Positions 25,396 through 32,000 of a stretch of 32,000 nucleotides of DNA are shown in pieces (position 1 is the first letter of the stretch; every line of letters begins with the position of its first letter). Position numbers and translations under genes: made by a program. Source of the stretch: Peristeroidobacter soli (GTDB taxonomy: Bacteria > Pseudomonadota > Gammaproteobacteria > Steroidobacterales > Steroidobacteraceae); contig NZ_RYEV01000004.1 of assembly GCF_004138485.1 (NCBI RefSeq), positions 163,718 through 195,717 on the forward strand, written 5' to 3'. The notes under the pieces are model-generated. The model had not been told where the DNA came from, did not search any database, and saw nothing but the letters and a program-made list of their open reading frames with translations.

Positions 25396-28300
25396 TCAAT
25401 ACTCCTTTTTGAATTGAGGGTGCACCCAGCGAAACTCCTGCCGCTTCGAGAGCACCCGAACCAGGCCGCCGTAGTTCGCCGCCGGGTCCACTCGCCTCAG
25501 CAGGGCATGGAACTCTCTCAAGCCGGCGCCATCCGCCACGACGACGGCGCCGGGACCTTGCAACCAACGCTCGCTCTCGGCGGCCGTCTCATCTAGGAGC
25601 TCTCCGGCACCGAGCGTCGCGTCGATCACCTCCTTGGAGAAATCGAGCTGATGCTCGAGCTCCTTGTACCGCGCCTCCTCGATGAGCAGCGGCGCGCCGG
25701 AAACCGCCACGGGCAGAACAAGCCTCAGCGCGGTATTCATCACCTTCAAATAAGGCGCGACCGTTTTGAACCAGGCTCGGTCCAGCTCGATCTCATACAC
25801 CCCGACGCGCTCGTCGCCGCCCAGGAAATGGGTCGGCAGGCGCGAATGTTCGCACCATAGGGTGATTCTGAATTTCGCGGAGAGCCACTGCCGCGGATGA
25901 AACTTGCTTCGCTCGACGGGCGCCACGCTGATCAGACGCGGTCCGTTGACGGCCTCATCGGTCAAAGAGCGAACGATGGCGGCATAGCAACTGTCGGCGC
26001 GACTGAGCAGCTCGCGCTGCCCCGCCGTCAGCTCCGACACTCGAGCGATGAGCGCACCGTGATGCGCGGTGAGCAGTTGCCGGATGTCACGCAGCTCCTG
26101 AACGATGCGCGCGCCTTGTAAATCAGCCGGCACCGGCGCGGCCGGAAGCGCATTCCGAAGCAAATGGTCGATCTGCTGCCACATGCCGCACGTCGGACAG
26201 GGAAACTCGGAGCGCCCTCCGCGCTTGCTCGCCAGCAGTGGATCCACGCGAAACAGACCGGTGCCCGCCGCGCCCCGACCGCACGGATGAACGCATGGGA
26301 CCATGACTTCGCACTCCAGTCCGGTCCAGTAGCTCTCCACCAGATATTTCACCTCACTGGTGAGCATCGCAAGCAAGCGCTCGGGGTAAGCCGCGCGCAC
26401 CGTGATGCGAACGTTCGAATCGACGTACTCGAGCAACGCCCGGCCGTTGTAGCTGTCATCGACCACCAGTCCGCGCTGCCAGTGCACGCTGTGAGCGAAG
26501 TTCACACGCCCCAGCGAGTACTTATGCAGACGCACGATCAATTGATAAAACAGCCCCTCGGCCAGTGCCGGAGTCCCTTTGCCGTCGACGATTCTGCAGA
26601 TCTGCTGCTGCTGCTGATCCCCGCTCTGGAGCGAGGCGTCGGGCCAGACCTGCTGCAGATCGACCATCGGCCTGACATCGGGAACGAGCTGAGCGATGAG
26701 GCTCGTGTAAGCAAGCGGGCGCGCGTCGATGACCGCGTGCGACACGTGACTGGCCGCCTGCAATTTCACCTGCTGGCTGAAACTCAGACTATCGATCGGC
26801 TCACCCGCGAGCACGACCTTGTAAGAGATGTCGAATCGTTCCATGAGCCGCAGAAACAATGGATGCAGATCGGGCGCATATCGGACTGCCTCGGGCCGCC
26901 GCGGATCGTTCCAGAGTTGACTCAGGCGCGTGAAGCTCACCAGGCCCCGGCTGTCCCGCGTGACCTTGTCGTCGAGCACGAAACTGATCGCGGTGGCGAG
27001 CCAATCCGGCTTGAGAATGACGAGATCGCGCAGCGCCAGATCGTGTTCGTAGTGAATCAAGTGGCCGAGCCGATGTGAGATTGCGAGGAACAGCGCGATC
27101 TCCTCGTCGCTCATCGCGAAGCCACGACAAATCTTCCGGACTGTCTCGACACTCAGGTAAGGCGCGCCCCGATGCAACAGTCGCTGACGGGCTCCGCGCC
27201 ATTTGAGCGGTGCGACCCGTCGGACATCCGGTAACTCGAGCGCCGCACGGCCAATGGCCTCTCTGAGCTCCGGGACACCGCGACGATGCCGCTGGGAGTC
27301 GGGCTTGTTCTCGACATGAAAGAAATCGAGCACGGTGTCGCGCCCGAACAGATCCCACAACTCCTGTCGGTCGATATCGGGCTGCCGTTCATCCGGGCCA
27401 CCGTGCGTGCCCACCACGAAGATTTTCGCGGCGGGCGCACGATGCAAGATCAGGCGAATCCACTCCTTCACCAGATTCTGCTGTGCCCCCTCGCGCGGTT
27501 TCCAGACCACCAGGTAAATCGCAGGCGCGGAGAAGAACAATTGATGCGTGGGCCGATAGACGCGCTGCCCGCCGAAATCCCAGCAGTTCAGCGACAGCCC
27601 CGGCGCCCCCGGTGCGCTGATTTTCATCGGCTGAACCTGGATGCCGTGCGTCGAGGAGTGTTCCTTCCACGGCCGCTCGCACAGCGCATCCAGCAGACAC
27701 GTCTTGCCCACCTCGCCTTCGCCGACCAGGATGAGCTTCGCCTCGAACAGCGGCGCGTGTTCCAGCTTCTGCGCCTTCAGGTACGTCTTGAGCGACGGGA
27801 AACCCAGTTCGATCGCGGCTCGCAACTCGTAGGACAGCGGATTCTTCCCGCTCTCCAGATAGGAGAGATTGCACTCAGCCAACGACGGCGGCAGCGTGAC
27901 GAGGTGGTTGCGATCGACCCAGAGGCTCTGCAGGCCCGTATTGCCGATCGAGTCCGGCAGGTTCATCAGCTCGTTCTCGGAGAGTCGCAACTCCCGCAGG
28001 TTCCTGAGAGCGCCAATGGCATCGGGCAACGACCGCAGCTTGTTGCGATGAAGAATCAAGACTTCCAGAGCGCGACACCGTGTCAGCTCCGCCGGCAATT
28101 CCGTCAGCGCATTGTTGTGAGCAAATAGCTCCCGAAGCGAGCGCCACTCACTGCAGTAGCCCGGCAGACTCTGCAGACGATTGTTCGAGATCAACAGCGC
28201 TCTGAGCGACGCCATCCCGCGCAGAGCATCGCCCATGCGCTCGATCCCACAACTGGTCAGATTCAGATACTCCAACTGCGACAACAGCCGCAACGACTCC

Positions 28301-28599
28301 GGCAGCGTCGGCAGATGAGCGCTCGCGAGGCTCAGCCGTTTCAAGGTTTTCAGTTGATAAAGCGACTCCGGCAGCGCGAGCAAACGCGAGCCGTCGGCAG
28401 CGGGCTCGAGCACCAGCTCGGTGGCGCCGCCGGCGCGCGCCGCTTCGATCTTGGCGGCAGCCTTGACGTAGGCTGCGTTGAGCGTATACGGGGGCGGCCC
28501 CTTGCCGCGATCTGTCATTCTCACGATCGTTCTTCCATCCCCTGTGTGAGCCCCGAAGAGCGCCGGGGCGAATGGCCTCTTCCAGGTAGACCGTCGCAT
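25396..28599 (-). CDS. Prokaryotic ROCO protein: LRR - Roc GTPase - COR - Cys-knuckle - unassigned C-terminal domain
   Basis: About 9-10 LRRs (LxxLxLxxNxLxxLP). Roc P-loop ILVGEGEVGKT, G3 WDFGGQ and an LRRK-like G4 VVGTHGGPD. COR-like HRLGHLIHYEHDLALRDLVILKPDWLATAISFVLD. The start is either the ATG at 28599 or the ATG at 28518 (MTDRGKG...). Confidence 0.85.
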   Translation of the reverse strand: MRRSTWKRPFAPALFGAHTGDGRTIVRMTDRGKGPPPYTLNAAYVKAAAKIEAARAGGATELVLEPAADGSRLLALPESLYQLKTLKRLSLASAHLPTLPESLRLLSQLEYLNLTSCGIERMGDALRGMASLRALLISNNRLQSLPGYCSEWRSLRELFAHNNALTELPAELTRCRALEVLILHRNKLRSLPDAIGALRNLRELRLSENELMNLPDSIGNTGLQSLWVDRNHLVTLPPSLAECNLSYLESGKNPLSYELRAAIELGFPSLKTYLKAQKLEHAPLFEAKLILVGEGEVGKTCLLDALCERPWKEHSSTHGIQVQPMKISAPGAPGLSLNCWDFGGQRVYRPTHQLFFSAPAIYLVVWKPREGAQQNLVKEWIRLILHRAPAAKIFVVGTHGGPDERQPDIDRQELWDLFGRDTVLDFFHVENKPDSQRHRRGVPELREAIGRAALELPDVRRVAPLKWRGARQRLLHRGAPYLSVETVRKICRGFAMSDEEIALFLAISHRLGHLIHYEHDLALRDLVILKPDWLATAISFVLDDKVTRDSRGLVSFTRLSQLWNDPRRPEAVRYAPDLHPLFLRLMERFDISYKVVLAGEPIDSLSFSQQVKLQAASHVSHAVIDARPLAYTSLIAQLVPDVRPMVDLQQVWPDASLQSGDQQQQQICRIVDGKGTPALAEGLFYQLIVRLHKYSLGRVNFAHSVHWQRGLVVDDSYNGRALLEYVDSNVRITVRAAYPERLLAMLTSEVKYLVESYWTGLECEVMVPCVHPCGRGAAGTGLFRVDPLLASKRGGRSEFPCPTCGMWQQIDHLLRNALPAAPVPADLQGARIVQELRDIRQLLTAHHGALIARVSELTAGQRELLSRADSCYAAIVRSLTDEAVNGPRLISVAPVERSKFHPRQWLSAKFRITLWCEHSRLPTHFLGGDERVGVYEIELDRAWFKTVAPYLKVMNTALRLVLPVAVSGAPLLIEEARYKELEHQLDFSKEVIDATLGAGELLDETAAESERWLQGPGAVVVADGAGLREFHALLRRVDPAANYGGLVRVLSKRQEFRWVHPQFKKEY

Positions 28600-28632
28600 T
28601 CTGAGTCATGAGCCCTGAAGAGAGGTGTCGGA

Positions 28633-29598
28633 TCAGCGCGGCTCCTCCACACCATGGCCCGCGGCACGCAGGCTGGCCACGACACCCTTGCCCCGTGAGA
28701 CCACGTGGATGGGTAACACCACCAGCGTCGTCTCATTGCGATTCAGCGCCCGTTCGAGCGCGCTGAGCAGCTTGTTCTCCGCCTCCAGCTGCAGCTGCCC
28801 CACTTGCTGCTGACTGAGAAAGGGCCAGCTGTACGCCAACGATTGAGCGTACGAAGCATCCGCTTCCACCAACGTCCGCAACACCTCCATGTCGCCCCGG
28901 GCCCAGGCATTCGCGCGAGCGCGCGCCTGTGTCATGTCGATTTCCAAACGATCCATCGTCTCGACCAGATAGTTGACGGCGTTCTGGCGAGACAGCCGCG
29001 AGCTGTTCTTGTCCGGTGTCACCGGCCCCATCTCATATTGCAGCCCGCGAATGGGCACCGCATGCGCGCCCGCGACCTGATAGATCCTGCGCCACACGTC
29101 ATCGCCGTAGCTGAGCCCGATGCGCTCATATGCTCGCGACCGAAGCAGCAGGGCCGCCGCCGTCGGCAATAGTTTCTCCGTCTCGGGATCCTCGCCGATG
29201 TACTCGTCCCGCAACGTTCGCCACCGCGCATACACCTTGCGAGGCAAGACATCTTTGAGTCTGCTGCCTTGAGACTGATAGGGCTGCACCTGCTTCACTC
29301 GCAACGAAGCCGAGTACGGTCCCAGCACTTCGTTCGACGCCGCGATCACTTCTTCCACCTGCTTCGATCGCCACACCATTCCTCGGGGCGTCGGAACATA
29401 TGTTCCGAGAATCCACAATGTGTGCGAGCCCTTCGTCACTTTCCAGAGCCCTGGTCCCGGCTGCTCGCCGAGCACCAGCACTTCTTCCGGCACGCCCACG
29501 GGAGTGCTTTCCTCCGACGCGCATGCATCCCATGCCACTGCAAAAAGCAGCCGGCAGAACCAGGCACAGCCCACGCCGATGTTTCTGATCTTTTCCAT
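28633..29598 (-). CDS. Secreted TraB/GumN-family protein
   Basis: Signal peptide, LWKVTKGSHTLWILGT N-terminal block, and C-terminal ALERALNRNETTLVVLPIHVVSRGKGVVASLRAAGHGV block typical of the family. The usual His after the GT block reads Tyr here. Confidence 0.7.
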   Translation of the reverse strand: MEKIRNIGVGCAWFCRLLFAVAWDACASEESTPVGVPEEVLVLGEQPGPGLWKVTKGSHTLWILGTYVPTPRGMVWRSKQVEEVIAASNEVLGPYSASLRVKQVQPYQSQGSRLKDVLPRKVYARWRTLRDEYIGEDPETEKLLPTAAALLLRSRAYERIGLSYGDDVWRRIYQVAGAHAVPIRGLQYEMGPVTPDKNSSRLSRQNAVNYLVETMDRLEIDMTQARARANAWARGDMEVLRTLVEADASYAQSLAYSWPFLSQQQVGQLQLEAENKLLSALERALNRNETTLVVLPIHVVSRGKGVVASLRAAGHGVEEPR

Positions 29599-29677
29599 GA
29601 GACGCAGCTCACACCTCTCGTCACGAGATCATAAACGACTCCTTGACCTCTAACTCCACATATGTAGACTTATCGCC

Positions 29678-29992
29678 ATGGCACGCACCCGACGCCCCTC
29701 CGGTCAGACGCTCAATCTGTTCCGCAGCCTCATCGAGGAGCCGAAGCAGTGGCGCCATGGATATGAGCTTTCCAAGGCGACGGAGCTCATGTCCGGCACG
29801 CTCTATCCCATCTTGATGCGCCTGTCCGAGCGAGGTTTGCTCGAACACAAGTGGGTACCGCCCGACGATGGCGGCCGCCTGCCCCGCCACGTCTATCGCC
29901 TGACCGCGAAGGGTCTCGCGCACGCCCGGGAACAGATCGAGCTGTGCGCGGCGACGAATGCACCGGCCGGTCGTCCCCTGCGTCACGCATGA
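29678..29992 (+). CDS. PadR-family transcriptional regulator
   Basis: HGYELSKATELMSGTLYPILMRLSERGLLEHKW...RHVYRLTAKG is the canonical PadR winged helix. Confidence 0.9.
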   Translation: MARTRRPSGQTLNLFRSLIEEPKQWRHGYELSKATELMSGTLYPILMRLSERGLLEHKWVPPDDGGRLPRHVYRLTAKGLAHAREQIELCAATNAPAGRPLRHA

Positions 29993-30639
29993 ACGATCTC
30001 ATCTCACTGTGCCTGCGCCTCACGTCTGCGCTGATGGGCAAGGACGGCAGTGAGTGGTCGCGTGCGATGTACGTCGAATTGAATCACGTGCCCCACGACG
30101 ACCGACTCTCGTGGGCACTGGGCTGTGTGATTGCGGGCATGAAATGGAGGATTGAAACCATGCGCAGCGGGAATCTTCGGGTCTCGCGCGGAGTGCTGTT
30201 CCTGGAATTGCTCCTTTGTTTCCTGCCAATCACGCTGGGCTGGTGGGATGCGGTGTTCGGGGCATCCGGCGTGCTCGGCCTGAACCAAAGCACCCTCCAG
30301 GACTACTTCCTGGCCACGCCACTCGGCCGCGCCATCCTGGGCATGATGATCGGCGGCGCCGTCATCGGCCTGTCGGGACCGATCGGATTGTTTCTAACCT
30401 CACGAGCGGTGATCACGGGTGCCGGCCTGCGCAGTCGCCCGCTCGGCATCGCGATGATTGCCGGCGTCACGCTCTTCATCCTGGCCTCCATCCTGCTGCG
30501 GCTGATCGCCGCGCCCGGCGCCTACGCCGCGAACTTCAGCTTCGTCGTTCTGATCGGCCTGTTGCCCGTGCTCGGCACGGCGCATCTCATGTATCTCTCA
30601 CACACCGAGCCTCGCGCCGGGTTGTCCGTTTCTAGATAA
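29989..30639 (+). CDS. Hypothetical membrane protein coupled to PadR
   Basis: The ATG at 29989 overlaps the PadR TGA (ATGA). It has a short cytoplasmic N-terminal region and then about 4-5 TM helices. This is a common PadR partner arrangement. Confidence 0.7.
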   Translation: MNDLISLCLRLTSALMGKDGSEWSRAMYVELNHVPHDDRLSWALGCVIAGMKWRIETMRSGNLRVSRGVLFLELLLCFLPITLGWWDAVFGASGVLGLNQSTLQDYFLATPLGRAILGMMIGGAVIGLSGPIGLFLTSRAVITGAGLRSRPLGIAMIAGVTLFILASILLRLIAAPGAYAANFSFVVLIGLLPVLGTAHLMYLSHTEPRAGLSVSR

Positions 30640-30699
30640 TTCCTGTCCCGAACGAACGAGTCACGAGCGCGCGATCTCGACGACTGGACGAGCCGACTC

Positions 30700-30727
30700 A
30701 CCGCCGTGCATCATCGCGGCGGTTTTC
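30700..30727 (+). terminator. Candidate terminator after the PadR-membrane pair
   Basis: ACCGCCG-tgcatcatcg-CGGCGGT followed by TTTCC. Confidence 0.45.
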
Positions 30728-30745
30728 CAACGTCCCGCGTGCGCA

Positions 30746-32000
30746 ATGAATCCACGTCCTTCGCTCTTTTGCCTGCTCGCCCTGCTTTTCTTCGCAGCCA
30801 CCTCCGCGATGAGCGCGGAGCAGCCGCTCGACGTACTCATCGTCAACGCGCGCATCGTCGATGGCGGCGGCAATCCCTGGTATCGCGGTAGCGTAGGCAT
30901 CCGTGACGGGCGCATCGTTGCCGTCGTGCCCGGACCGCTGCAAGCGCCGAGCAAGCGCACGATCGACGCCGCCGACCGGGTGCTGGCGCCGGGCTTCATC
31001 GACCTGATGGGACAGGAAACATTTGTCTACCTGACCGATCCCGACACCGCGCGCTCTCGTCTGTATCAAGGCGTGACGACACACGTGAGCGGCGAAGGCT
31101 CCTCCCATGCGCCACAGAACGAGCGTACCCAGAGCAAGCCCGAGATGCTCGATGGCAAGCCGGTGCGCTGGCGCAGCTACAAGGAATACTTCCAGATCCT
31201 GGAGTCGCACGGCGTGCCCATCAACGTGGCACACAACGTCGGCGCGGGCCAGATTCGCTCGGTGGTCATGGGCGAGGCGGATCGAGCGCCGACGCCGGCC
31301 GAAATGGAACAGATGAAGAAGCTCGTCGCGGAGGCCATGGACGACGGCGCGTTTGGCCTGTCCACCGCGCTCATCTATCCGCCCGGCGCATATGCGACGA
31401 CGCAGGAGATTGCCGAGCTCGCCAAGGTGGCGGCGAGCCGCGGCGGGTTCTACTCGACTCACATGCGCAACGAAAGCGTCGGCCTGCTGCAGGCCATCGA
31501 TGAGAGCATTCAAATTGGAGAGCTGGCCGGACTGCCGGTGCACATCTATCACTTGAAGGCCGCCGGCAAGCGACAGTGGCCGCTGATGACCCAGGCCATC
31601 GACCGCATCGATGCGGCACGCGCTCGCGGACTGGATGTGACGTCCGATATCTATCCTTACATCCGCAACGGCATCGGTCTCGAGTCGTTCCTGCCGCCGA
31701 CGCTCTATGCCAATGGCTTCGAGGCGGCGAAGAAACAGGTTGCCAAGGCAGCCAAGCGGCGCGAGCTGCGCACGGAGCTGGAGAATCCGAACACGACGTG
31801 GGAGAACTGGTATCAGCACGTGGGTGCCGACTGGAGCAAGGTGCTGGTCACCGATGCAGGCAAGTACCCGCGCGAGGCCGCGGGCCTGTCAGTGGCGGAC
31901 ATTGCCAAGAAGGAAGGCCGCGACGTCTGGGAGACCTTCTTCGATCTGTCGATGGCGCAAGTGACCGTGGCCCCGGAGAGCATGGATGAGGAACAAAAGC
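30746..32000 (+). CDS. Periplasmic D-aminoacylase-like amidohydrolase (N-acyl-D-amino-acid deacylase family); 3' end outside the window
   Basis: Absent from the ORF track (no stop within the window). Hand translation from the ATG at 30746 gives MNPRPSLFCLLALLFFAATSAMSAEQPLDVLIVNARIVDGGG...APGFIDLMGQ...GVTTHVSGEGSS...YSTHMRNES...VHIYHLKA...DIYPY, colinear with Alcaligenes D-aminoacylase. Confidence 0.85.
   Translation, partial: MNPRPSLFCLLALLFFAATSAMSAEQPLDVLIVNARIVDGGGNPWYRGSVGIRDGRIVAVVPGPLQAPSKRTIDAADRVLAPGFIDLMGQETFVYLTDPDTARSRLYQGVTTHVSGEGSSHAPQNERTQSKPEMLDGKPVRWRSYKEYFQILESHGVPINVAHNVGAGQIRSVVMGEADRAPTPAEMEQMKKLVAEAMDDGAFGLSTALIYPPGAYATTQEIAELAKVAASRGGFYSTHMRNESVGLLQAIDESIQIGELAGLPVHIYHLKAAGKRQWPLMTQAIDRIDAARARGLDVTSDIYPYIRNGIGLESFLPPTLYANGFEAAKKQVAKAAKRRELRTELENPNTTWENWYQHVGADWSKVLVTDAGKYPREAAGLSVADIAKKEGRDVWETFFDLSMAQVTVAPESMDEEQK

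Noticed and set aside
29851-29988. Upstream extension of the membrane-protein ORF overlapping padR
   Set aside because: The extension is Arg/Pro-rich and overlaps the PadR coding frame. The ATG at 29989, overlapping the padR stop (ATGA), is the natural coupled start.
30698-31819. 373-aa minus-strand ORF listed in the track
   Set aside because: The plus strand here encodes a convincing signal-peptide-bearing D-aminoacylase-like protein, missing from the track only because it has no stop in the window. The minus-strand product is low-complexity Arg/Ala/Gly/Leu-rich with no recognisable motifs.

Overview
High-GC proteobacterial chromosome segment with gammaproteobacterial-type synteny (ffs-dnaX-ybaB-recR, and gcvR-bcp beside dapA). 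All family calls are motif recognition from the translated ORFs and from my own hand translations; no database search was run.

Layout:
- 1-6.3 kb: a minus-strand operon of a membrane-anchored beta-lactamase-fold hydrolase, an enolase-superfamily epimerase, a TonB-dependent receptor and a DUF1611/DgcN-like protein. An XRE-cupin regulator is divergent from it. This looks like a D-amino-acid or peptidoglycan-peptide utilisation locus.
- 7-15.4 kb: housekeeping genes (YeiH-family, recR, ybaB, dnaX, SRP RNA, queF, PIN-PhoH, bcp, gcvR, dapA).
- 15.5-19.7 kb: a FecI/FecR/FecA-type cell-surface signalling trio.
- 19945-20036: tRNA-Ser(GGA). Its 3' 62 bp recur exactly at 25305-25366, bracketing a ~5.3-kb lower-GC island.
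- Island contents: three orphan genes, a decayed tyrosine integrase, and an AbiEi/AbiEii type IV toxin-antitoxin pair with a twin operator.
- 25.4-30.6 kb: a 1,067-aa prokaryotic ROCO protein (LRR-Roc-COR) with a ~300-aa unassigned C-terminal extension ends 29 bp outside the right repeat. Next come a secreted TraB/GumN-like protein and a divergent PadR-membrane pair.
- 30746 to window end: a periplasmic D-aminoacylase-like amidohydrolase, truncated by the window.

Best candidates for something undescribed: (a) the ROCO protein with its unknown tail at the tRNA hotspot, and (b) the three-gene orphan block inside the island. Many long ORFs in the track are antisense shadow ORFs typical of high-GC DNA and were rejected.
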